This document shows, piece after piece, positions 29,474 to 37,980 of a stretch of 64,000 bases of DNA. The position numbers and the translations under genes are program-made. The stretch's first letter is position 1, and each line of letters starts with the position of its first letter. The stretch is taken from positions 15,627 through 79,626 of the forward strand of contig CACMYW010000001.1 of assembly GCA_902617955.1 (NCBI GenBank), written 5' to 3'. Below the pieces are notes generated by a model. The model was not told the DNA's origin. It worked only from the letters and a program-made list of their open reading frames with translations, and searched no databases. Source of the DNA: an uncultured SAR86 cluster bacterium (GTDB taxonomy: Bacteria; Pseudomonadota; Gammaproteobacteria; Magnimaribacterales; D2472).

Positions 29474-31202
29474 TTTGGATGGCTACTCCAGAATTAGGTC
29501 TTCTTAAATCAGCATACCCATAGCGGATGTTATCAATTATATGAATACTTTGTGTGCTACCCATAGTTTTAGATTCTTCAGCCTCATGGCCTAATTTATT
29601 AAGTATGGCAATTATGTCTGAGCTCACTGAGGACTCATGTGTTAATCCAGAATAGGGCCAATCTTTATGAATTCTTGGAAGCATCGTTGCTTCACCTATA
29701 TCCAAGTCAAAATCAATAATGCCTGATATTACTCTTAGAGCAGCGGCAGGGATAAATGAGCCACCAGGCGACCCTGTAATAAGAAATATACCATTATCTT
29801 TATTTTTCACTATTACCGGATTCATTGTACTCATTGGGCGTTTTCCGGGCTCAAATTTATTGCCTGGACTGCTGCTTCTGCTTATTTCTGAAGCATCACC
29901 ATATTTAAAGGCAAAGTTGTTCATTTGATTATTCATCAAAATACCAGTTCCTGGAATTGTTACACCCGAACCAAATGAATATCCAAGTGTGTATGTATTT
30001 GATACGGCATTTCCTTCCTTGTCGATAATTGAGTAATGAGTTGTATCTCTACTTTCATTGATTACTTCAATAGGCTTAATCTCATTGGCAGGTAAAGCGG
30101 TATTGAATTTAATTTTTTGAGCATGCTCTCTAGCATGTTTTTTATCAACTAAACTACTAATTGGAACATCATAAAATTCAGGATCACCAACATTTCTTGA
30201 TCTTGCATGATGACCTTTTCTTAATGCCTCAGCAATTAAATGGTATGTGACAGCTGAATTTTCTTTGTATTTATTTAAATTAAATGATTCAAGTACATTC
30301 AGTGCATTTATTAATACTACACCACCCCCTGATGGCGGACCTTGGGTAAAGACAGTATTTCCTCTATATTTTGTTGAGATAGGTGTCTGAATTCTTGCTG
30401 TATAACTAGCCAAATCATCCAGATTAATAAAACTTTTATTATCTGAAAACGCCTCAGCGATTTTCTGAGCTATTTCGCCTTGATAAAAACCATCTTTTCC
30501 ATTTTTAGCAATTAAACTTAATGTATTAGCCAAATCAGGTCTTTTCATTAAAGAATGAATGGCTAATGGTGCTTCATTGCTAAAATATATTCTTCTTGAT
30601 TCAGGATCACTATATAGCTGCGGCGCACTCTTTATGGCATGGTGTAAATCATAAGAGACTATGATTCCTTCTCTGGCTTGCCTAATTACAGGAGCAATAA
30701 CCTTATTCAAGGATAGTTTACCGTAACGTTCATGAGCTTCTAGAAGGCCAGCAACAGTACCTGGAACTGTTGAGGCAAAATATCCATAACGCACTAAATC
30801 TCTATTTATGTCCTCATAATTATCTGGAAGACTTTTTTTAAATATTTCGAATAAGTCTGCATTCTTTGAAGATGCTCCTCGATAATCAATTGAAATTATT
30901 TCATCCCTCTCTTTTAAATAAACTAAAAGAAAACCCCCGCCACCTAAATTTCCAGCACGTGGAAGTGTAATAGCAAGAGAAAATCCGACCGCGACAGCAG
31001 CATCAATTGCATTGCCACCCATTTCTAATATCTCAATACCTATATCAGAAGATTCTTTATTTTGAGAGACAACCATTCCAGAGTTACCCACCACTGGATG
31101 AAAGGGAGAGCGATAATCAATATAGCTTTCTTGACCATACAAGCCTAAGCTTGAAAAAAAGAAGACAAAGTTAAAAGATATTTGGCGCAACATAATAAGC
31201 AA
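29466..31202 (-). CDS. ggt: Gamma-glutamyltranspeptidase
   Basis: Signal peptide, autoprocessing/nucleophile Thr context ESRDTTHYSI, and GSPGGS near the C-terminus. Confidence 0.92.
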   Translation of the reverse strand: MLIMLRQISFNFVFFFSSLGLYGQESYIDYRSPFHPVVGNSGMVVSQNKESSDIGIEILEMGGNAIDAAVAVGFSLAITLPRAGNLGGGGFLLVYLKERDEIISIDYRGASSKNADLFEIFKKSLPDNYEDINRDLVRYGYFASTVPGTVAGLLEAHERYGKLSLNKVIAPVIRQAREGIIVSYDLHHAIKSAPQLYSDPESRRIYFSNEAPLAIHSLMKRPDLANTLSLIAKNGKDGFYQGEIAQKIAEAFSDNKSFINLDDLASYTARIQTPISTKYRGNTVFTQGPPSGGGVVLINALNVLESFNLNKYKENSAVTYHLIAEALRKGHHARSRNVGDPEFYDVPISSLVDKKHAREHAQKIKFNTALPANEIKPIEVINESRDTTHYSIIDKEGNAVSNTYTLGYSFGSGVTIPGTGILMNNQMNNFAFKYGDASEISRSSSPGNKFEPGKRPMSTMNPVIVKNKDNGIFLITGSPGGSFIPAAALRVISGIIDFDLDIGEATMLPRIHKDWPYSGLTHESSVSSDIIAILNKLGHEAEESKTMGSTQSIHIIDNIRYGYADLRRPNSGVAIQID

Positions 31203-32607
31203 AAATTGTGACTAGAAGAATTCCAATGATATTTAAGGCAAAACCAGCCCTTATCATATCAGGGATACTAAATTTATTAGAGCCAAAAACAATTGCATTA
31301 GGTGGAGTTGCAACAGGCAGCATAAATGCACAACTAGCAGCCAACACAACCGGAATTGTAAGTGATATTGGTAATACCCCAATGGAAATGGCCACTGCAC
31401 CCACAACTGGTAAGAAGGTGCTGGTTGTCGCAACATTGGAAGTAATTTCTGTTAAAAATATTATCAAAGTAGCAACGCATAGTATAAGAATTATCGGAGG
31501 TACTGATTGAAGAACGGATAATCCTTCTCCAATCCATAGACCAAGACCTGATGATCCAATTTGTGCAGCAAGCGAAAGCCCACCACCAAATAATACTAGA
31601 AGTCCCCATGGGAGTTTGTTAGCTTGATCCCAAGTTAAAAGATCTTTTTTATGCATCGAAGAGGGGATGATAAAAAACAACAAAGCAATAAATAACCCAA
31701 CACCAGCATCTGTGAGTAATTCAAAACCTGGAATTTGATTAATTAATTTTCTAAACATCCATGCTAGAGCAGCAAGAATAAAAATACATAAAACCTTCTT
31801 TTCATCTTTAGTCAAAACACCTAAATCATCTAACATGCTTTGAAGCTTCGCCTTAGTCTCAATAGTTGCTTCAAACTTAACTGGATAAACTATTTTTGTT
31901 AGGACATACCATGAGGCTATCAACATCAGAGAGGACAGCGGTACTCCAAGTTTCATCCAATCAATAAATGATATTTCAATGTTATAGGTCTCTTGCATGA
32001 ATCCAGCAAAAATAATATTAGGTGCAGTACCAACAAGAGTAGACATTCCTCCAATCGTTGCTGCATATGCAATCCCAAGTAAGAGCGCAACTTCAAAACT
32101 TTTTCTTTCGCTTGCACCCATGTTTGGAATCGAGGAAGCAACAGAAGCACAAACTGCAAGCCCAATTGGAAGCAGCAATAATGTCGTTGAGGTATTCATC
32201 ACCCACATACTTATAAGAGCTGAGACTAACATGAAGCCACCAACTAATTTTGCACCACTGCTTCCGACAAGAACAAGCATTTGCAATGCAAGGCGTTTAT
32301 GTAATCCAGATGCTTCAATTCCAAGAGCTAAAATAAAGCCACCCATAAATAAATAAACGTTTGGATTAGCATAGGGTAAAGCTGTAGTCTTTATATCAGC
32401 AACGCCTAGCAGTGGAAATAAGATTAAAGGTAGTAGGGCAGTTACAGCAACAGGAACTGCTTCAGTTGCCCACCAAGCAGCCATTAAGACTGTAACTGAG
32501 GCTACAATCCAACCCGCCTCGCTTAGCCCACTAGGAGGCTGCAATAGATTAAATAAAACAAACAGAGAAACACCTACCCAAAAACCTTTTTTCTTATAAG
32601 CCTGCAT
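31171..32607 (-). CDS. DASS/SLC13-family sodium-coupled anion (di/tricarboxylate or sulfate) symporter
   Basis: 478-aa polytopic membrane protein with DASS-like N-terminal and hairpin regions (AWWATEAVP, ANPNVYLFMGGF, PPNAIVFGS). Confidence 0.8.
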   Translation of the reverse strand: MQAYKKKGFWVGVSLFVLFNLLQPPSGLSEAGWIVASVTVLMAAWWATEAVPVAVTALLPLILFPLLGVADIKTTALPYANPNVYLFMGGFILALGIEASGLHKRLALQMLVLVGSSGAKLVGGFMLVSALISMWVMNTSTTLLLLPIGLAVCASVASSIPNMGASERKSFEVALLLGIAYAATIGGMSTLVGTAPNIIFAGFMQETYNIEISFIDWMKLGVPLSSLMLIASWYVLTKIVYPVKFEATIETKAKLQSMLDDLGVLTKDEKKVLCIFILAALAWMFRKLINQIPGFELLTDAGVGLFIALLFFIIPSSMHKKDLLTWDQANKLPWGLLVLFGGGLSLAAQIGSSGLGLWIGEGLSVLQSVPPIILILCVATLIIFLTEITSNVATTSTFLPVVGAVAISIGVLPISLTIPVVLAASCAFMLPVATPPNAIVFGSNKFSIPDMIRAGFALNIIGILLVTIFAYYVAPNIF

Positions 32608-33467
32608 TATTTAAGCCTTTCATAAAAAAGTTCTGCTGCAAAAGGAACCATTTGTTTTGTATTGCTATGACCATCTTTTGTAGGCACTTCAACTAAACCC
32701 CATTTTAAAAAAGTATCTAATTCATTCGACTTCTTCAACACTCCATTAAAGAAATTTCTGCCGCGCTCCAATCGATGCTTACCTTGATCAGTTACCTTAT
32801 CAAATATACTTGCAACATAAGGGGTATTAGGTTTTGTAGACACATCACTCATGCCAAGCATGAGTAGGAAATACTTATTAAAAGCATCTTTGAGCATAGT
32901 ATCTGAGATGCCTGACTTATTTAAACCAAAAGGCCAATCTTTGTCTGTCATGGTTAGATACCAACCTAAATTTGCTGCTATCGCAAGTGTATAACTGGAT
33001 TGCGGGTTGTGTATGACATATCTGTGAACAAAATGAGCACCAGCACCATGCCCGTATATCCCCCAATGATCAGAACGTACTTTAAACCTATTCAATGATT
33101 CTTTTACTAACGGTTCAATCAAAGAGAACAGTCTAGATTCAATCGATTGTTTTTGCCCATCCGCATTAAAGACATTTCCATAATTATATGTGTGCACACC
33201 TGGAAATTTATCTTCACTAAATTCTGGAACAAGGACTACAAGATTTAAATCTTTAGCATAATCAACCCACTGGTCTCTGTACTCCTCTGCATTTCTCTTT
33301 CGTCCATGCATCACTACAACCAGCCTAGTGTCTTTATTGATCCTATTGGGAGTCACATAAAAAATTGGAACATCTAAAATAGATGCAGTTGAAAAATTAA
33401 AAACGTCTTCATCTGCAAAAATAGCAAATGAAAATAGGGCAACTAAGATTAATAATTTTTTCATCAT
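32607..33467 (-). CDS. Secreted alpha/beta-hydrolase-fold protein (esterase/depolymerase-like) with Gly at the expected nucleophile position
   Basis: Signal peptide MMKKLLILVALFSFAIFA and an HG oxyanion context VVVMHGRKRN. The nucleophile-elbow context is WGIYGHGAGAHFVHRY, i.e. G-H-G-A-G instead of G-H-S-A-G. Confidence 0.55.
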   Translation of the reverse strand: MMKKLLILVALFSFAIFADEDVFNFSTASILDVPIFYVTPNRINKDTRLVVVMHGRKRNAEEYRDQWVDYAKDLNLVVLVPEFSEDKFPGVHTYNYGNVFNADGQKQSIESRLFSLIEPLVKESLNRFKVRSDHWGIYGHGAGAHFVHRYVIHNPQSSYTLAIAANLGWYLTMTDKDWPFGLNKSGISDTMLKDAFNKYFLLMLGMSDVSTKPNTPYVASIFDKVTDQGKHRLERGRNFFNGVLKKSNELDTFLKWGLVEVPTKDGHSNTKQMVPFAAELFYERLK

Positions 33468-33517
33468 AAAAAAGGGAGCATGCGCTCCCTTTATTAAGTT
33501 AACAATAATTAATGGTA

Positions 33518-36466
33518 TTAGAATTTTTTGAAAAACTCTATAGAGAAATTTTTACCATAATCTGTATGAAGATCGGCCCAAAATCCACCATAGGTCTCAT
33601 CTGCCACAGGAGCTCTTTCATCCTCAAGGTTTTTAACTTGTAATCTAACCCTAAGGTCATTATCAAATTTATATCCCAATGTAAGATTTAATACCGTCAT
33701 AGAGTCAACAGGCCATAGAAGCTCATTTCCGTCAGCGTCTGTACCTTCTTTATGCCCAGTTTCTCCGAACTCACCCCACTGTGTTCCTGATAGGAAAACT
33801 TCATAAGGACCATTTCTCCATCCTAGCTTCATAGTGTATTTGTCCTCAATGGCACCATTAATTCCAAGGAGGTTATTTACTCCAGTTGGTGTTGCAATAC
33901 CATTAAGAAGACCGCCTGGTGCTGCGGCGTTACTAAGACGTGCTGCATCACCACCAGCTTCTTGATTTTTAGTATCGTAATGAACATTTACGAATTTAGC
34001 TGAGAATTCTCCAAAGTCAGTATCTATTGAGTATAGAATGCTTGTATCAAAGCCTTCAATTGTTCTAAGGTCACCATTGACGTAATAGTCATTAATTCTT
34101 TGCACAAGACCAGCTGGACAAAGGTTTTTAGCCGACCAATTAACACCCGTGGTTTCAATATCAGTACTCCTAATTACATTTGGATTTCCAGTACACTCAG
34201 AGGGCCCGCCTTCTAATCTGATAAGAAGGTCTAAGAGTAAAGCATTGTCCATTCCAAAAATACCTACGGTGTCTTCTGTTTCGATAGACCATTTATCGAG
34301 AGTAATAATTAAATTATCTATTGGTTCTAAAACCAAACCAATAGACTCATTTTCACCTAGTTCAGCCTTCAAACCTTTGTTGCCTTCGGTAACTCTTTGC
34401 ATAGAATAGCCGCTGTCATAGGTATCTGGATCTAATGCCACGAAATCAAGCAAATCATCACCTTTTGACGAACTTCTTCCCAAATAGCCTTCATTTACAA
34501 GAATCAAAGCAGGAGCTCTAAAAGTCTCTGAAAATGCATAGCGCAACTTAACTTGATCAATCGGCTGCCATCCTAATGCTATCTTTCCAACTGTTGCGTC
34601 ACCATAGTCATCAGCATCTTCATATCGAACAGCAATCTGAGCATCTACAGTTTCGTGCAGAGGAATTTGAAATTCAGTAAAAATAGATGTCGTTGTTCTT
34701 GAACCACTAGAAGCTGGAGTTGCACTTGAGTTAATAACATCCGATATAATCGGGAATGTTTCTCCTGCTTTTGGTCTTCCGGCTGGCACTGTATAGGTTA
34801 CTCTTCCGTCGATTCTAGGATCTCTTCCATCAACATATTCTTCTTCCCTTGATTCAAAACCAAACAATGCAGCTACTGGCCCTGCTGGTAATTCATAGAT
34901 ATTATTGTTGGATATCTTGAAATCAACCAAGAGTAATTCGGTGGTATTTTCTCTAAAAATATCTATCAAGAAGGGCGTTTCATCACTACAGCCATTACCA
35001 CCACAAAATGGGTTATATGCATTAGGGGTTGATAATGCAATATTTTGATCAAATAATGTCATTGACATTCTGTTAAAGTTTTTTTGCTTGGACTTTGCAT
35101 CTGACCATAAAATTGCGCCATCCCAATCCCAGTCTCCTAACGCACCTCTGAAGCCTTGTAAAAATCTAAGTGTTACTCTGTCAGAGTCATAACCACGAGG
35201 TGAATCAAATCTGTGCCTAGATTTAAATAAACCTAAACCATTTTTGATTACACTAGAGTCATCAACTAACTTATTACCACTATCATCAACCAGTTGTTGT
35301 AACCAATAGTTTGAGGTTGGAATTAAGAGCGGTTGAGTACATTTACCACTTTTCCCGCAACTTCCAGAGCCAAGACTTGTTCCAGGAAATAACATTTGTG
35401 TAGCAAAAGAATGATAGTAGCCAATCTCCGTGTATGCTTCTACTCCATTGGATAATTCGCTATTGATGAAAACAAATAAATTTTCTCTTTGCAGGTCAGG
35501 CCGCATCCAGCGAGTGTCATTATATCTAGATCTTAGTGAGTCTGATGCAATGGAATTTTTACTTGAAGTATAGAGACAAGTATCACCCCCGGTACCTGTA
35601 TAAGCACAATTTCCTGTATTTGGCCTTACATGTAAGTAGTTTGCACCACCGCTCCAGATACCATACCTGGATTGGTCACTTGTATTTCTAAAGCTTGTAT
35701 CTAAAAACACTTTGCCTTCATAAGGCTCTACCAACCCTCCAGGGACTTTTCTTGGATCTGCTGTAAGCCATTTAGGATCTTCATCACCTCTGATTTCTTC
35801 ACGGTGATAGGCATCAAAATAAATTGAAACATTTGTATTACCAATATCTTTACCCCACTGAGCACTGACTTTATGATCAGTAGCAGCAAAATGGTCATAT
35901 TTACTCATTCTGTATCTAACATTAGTACCAACAAAGTTTGACTTAAGAACAGTATTTACAACACCAGCTAGAGCATCAGCTCCATAAATCGCTGAAGCAC
36001 CATCCCTTAAAATTTCGATTCTGTCAGCACCATGGACAGGTATTGCATTTGAATTACTTGTAAAGACCGGCATACTTCCACCTAAAATTGGCTCAGTCTG
36101 ATAGCCTGGCGAAGTAATTAATCTTCTTCCATTAAGGAGTACTAGAGTATTACCGGTACCAATGTCCCTTAAATTAAAAGCACCTACGTCACCCCTTGAA
36201 GCATTATAGCCTCCGCTAAATTCATTTTGATTAAAAGTATTTTGACCCAGTTCAGCAATGTTATCTAAAAGCTCATCACCAGATTCAACACCCAGCGCAT
36301 CAATATCATCACTTGATATGATTGATACTGGCAGTGCTCCAGTAATCTTAGCTCCCTTTATTTGTGAACCTACCACAACCACTTCTTCAATTTCTTGATC
36401 AGATTGTGCTAATAGACCTAATGGTAAAATTAAGCCCATACTCAATAAAGCATTTTTAAATTTCAT
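33518..36466 (-). CDS. TonB-dependent receptor
   Basis: I prefer the ATG at 36466 (MKFKNALLSMG..., SD AGGGGA). TonB box EEVVVVGSQI, plug motif SAIYGADALAGVVNTVLK, C-terminal Phe. Confidence 0.9.
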   Translation of the reverse strand: MKFKNALLSMGLILPLGLLAQSDQEIEEVVVVGSQIKGAKITGALPVSIISSDDIDALGVESGDELLDNIAELGQNTFNQNEFSGGYNASRGDVGAFNLRDIGTGNTLVLLNGRRLITSPGYQTEPILGGSMPVFTSNSNAIPVHGADRIEILRDGASAIYGADALAGVVNTVLKSNFVGTNVRYRMSKYDHFAATDHKVSAQWGKDIGNTNVSIYFDAYHREEIRGDEDPKWLTADPRKVPGGLVEPYEGKVFLDTSFRNTSDQSRYGIWSGGANYLHVRPNTGNCAYTGTGGDTCLYTSSKNSIASDSLRSRYNDTRWMRPDLQRENLFVFINSELSNGVEAYTEIGYYHSFATQMLFPGTSLGSGSCGKSGKCTQPLLIPTSNYWLQQLVDDSGNKLVDDSSVIKNGLGLFKSRHRFDSPRGYDSDRVTLRFLQGFRGALGDWDWDGAILWSDAKSKQKNFNRMSMTLFDQNIALSTPNAYNPFCGGNGCSDETPFLIDIFRENTTELLLVDFKISNNNIYELPAGPVAALFGFESREEEYVDGRDPRIDGRVTYTVPAGRPKAGETFPIISDVINSSATPASSGSRTTTSIFTEFQIPLHETVDAQIAVRYEDADDYGDATVGKIALGWQPIDQVKLRYAFSETFRAPALILVNEGYLGRSSSKGDDLLDFVALDPDTYDSGYSMQRVTEGNKGLKAELGENESIGLVLEPIDNLIITLDKWSIETEDTVGIFGMDNALLLDLLIRLEGGPSECTGNPNVIRSTDIETTGVNWSAKNLCPAGLVQRINDYYVNGDLRTIEGFDTSILYSIDTDFGEFSAKFVNVHYDTKNQEAGGDAARLSNAAAPGGLLNGIATPTGVNNLLGINGAIEDKYTMKLGWRNGPYEVFLSGTQWGEFGETGHKEGTDADGNELLWPVDSMTVLNLTLGYKFDNDLRVRLQVKNLEDERAPVADETYGGFWADLHTDYGKNFSIEFFKKF

Positions 36467-36491
36467 AGTATCCCCTAAATGTTGCATTTAA

Positions 36492-36520
36492 ATATTAGCA
36501 ATTTTATTCAAATATCTCAA
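36492..36520 (-). promoter_or_regulatory. Putative sigma70 promoter of the minus-strand TBDR gene
   Basis: On the minus strand, TTGAGA-N17-TAATAT lies in the 77-nt gap after the M20 gene stop. Confidence 0.3.
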
Positions 36521-36543
36521 AAATATGACAAAGTATCATTTGA

Positions 36544-37980
36544 TTAATTTCGATAATCTAAAGGTGGCTCTCGATTTCCTAGTAAAGGCTCATATTGAAA
36601 TTTATCACCCGTTCTAATTCTTAATTCCTCTTTGGCTTGATCAATTAACGAGGTATCTAATAACAACTCTATCGCAGTTTCAGACAATATTTCAGCAGCT
36701 AACTTTGTGCCTTTAAGGCCAATTGATGTTCCACCAGCAGCCACGGCTTGCCATGAGTGTGCAGACGTACCTGGAACCCAAGTAGCAATTCTTACTCCGC
36801 CTGTAGGAACAACCCAGCTAATATCGCCAACGTCAGTAGAACCATAACCATGAGTTTCTCTGTAAGGCAGAACATTTTTTTGGTCACCAATTTTTCCAGA
36901 TGGACTCACAAGTGTTTGATAAATTTTTTCTGCATATTTTTTTTCATTTTTATCGTAACTAATGCCACCCCTTTTAGTTAACTTTTGATACATCACTTTT
37001 TGAATAGCATCATTAGGTAGCAAAGAATAATTACCATGCATAATTTCGTAAGTCACCTTAGTATCAGTGCCAATAGCTGCGCCTTCAGCGGCTTTTACAA
37101 CCCTTTGAAATAGCTCATTTACCATGTGCATTTCAGGGTGCCTGACGTAGTAATAAACCTCAGCAACATCGGGAACAACATTTGGAGCCAAACCACCTTT
37201 CGTAATTACATAATGAATTCTTGAATCTTGTGGGATATGCTCACGCATTAAATTCACCATCATATTCATCGATTCGACGCCATCGAGTGCAGACCTCCCT
37301 TTATCGGGTGATCCGGCTGCATGAGCTGATATACCATTGAATGTAAATTTGGCTGATTTATTTGCATTTGATGTTCTAGGATTTGCATGATTTACACTAC
37401 CAGGATGCCAGTGAAGGGCTATATCAACATCCTCAAAGAGACCTTCACGAACCATGTATACTTTTCCAGAGCCACCTTCCTCAGCTGGAGTTCCATAAAA
37501 TCTTACGGTTCCAGGAGTTTTAGTTTTTTCAATCCATTCTTTTATGGTGACTGCTGCCCATGCAGAAGCAGCACCAAATAAGTGATGTCCACAGGCATGA
37601 CCAGCTATCCTGTCAGATCGTGTTTCTTTGAATGGAGATGACGTTTGCATTACACCGGGCAATGCATCGTATTCACCCAAAATACCAATAACAGGTCCTC
37701 CATTTGAATACTCGGCAACAAAAGCAGTAGGAATATCAGCCACCCCAGTTGTAATTTTGAATCCATTTTTTTTAAGAGTATTAATTAGAATTTCTGAACT
37801 CTTGTATTCTTGATAACCAACTTCAGCTAAATCCCATATATCCATCGCAACATTTTCAAATGTTGATTGGTGTTTTTTAATAGATTGATTTACTGAATTT
37901 TGTGCGGCATCTAGTGATGCAATAAATAGTGTTAAGAGACCAACACTGAGTCTTTGTACTTGATTGCTTTTCCAACCCAT
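36544..37980 (-). CDS. M20-family amidohydrolase, AbgB-like (p-aminobenzoyl-glutamate hydrolase subunit B family), secreted
   Basis: It aligns along its length with my recollection of E. coli AbgB (GILGEYDALPG, GHACGHHL, VRFYGTPAEEGGSGKVYMVREG, HAAGSPDKGRSALD). Unlike AbgB, it has an N-terminal signal peptide (LSVGLLTLFIASLDAA). Confidence 0.8.
   Translation of the reverse strand: MGWKSNQVQRLSVGLLTLFIASLDAAQNSVNQSIKKHQSTFENVAMDIWDLAEVGYQEYKSSEILINTLKKNGFKITTGVADIPTAFVAEYSNGGPVIGILGEYDALPGVMQTSSPFKETRSDRIAGHACGHHLFGAASAWAAVTIKEWIEKTKTPGTVRFYGTPAEEGGSGKVYMVREGLFEDVDIALHWHPGSVNHANPRTSNANKSAKFTFNGISAHAAGSPDKGRSALDGVESMNMMVNLMREHIPQDSRIHYVITKGGLAPNVVPDVAEVYYYVRHPEMHMVNELFQRVVKAAEGAAIGTDTKVTYEIMHGNYSLLPNDAIQKVMYQKLTKRGGISYDKNEKKYAEKIYQTLVSPSGKIGDQKNVLPYRETHGYGSTDVGDISWVVPTGGVRIATWVPGTSAHSWQAVAAGGTSIGLKGTKLAAEILSETAIELLLDTSLIDQAKEELRIRTGDKFQYEPLLGNREPPLDYRN

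Noticed and set aside
33518-36543. Fur boxes or other iron-regulation sites upstream of the TBDR genes.
   Set aside because: No convincing match to GATAATGATAATCATTATC was seen in any of the five upstream regions; at best there are 4-nt inverted fragments. The receptors are therefore probably not siderophore- or iron-regulated.
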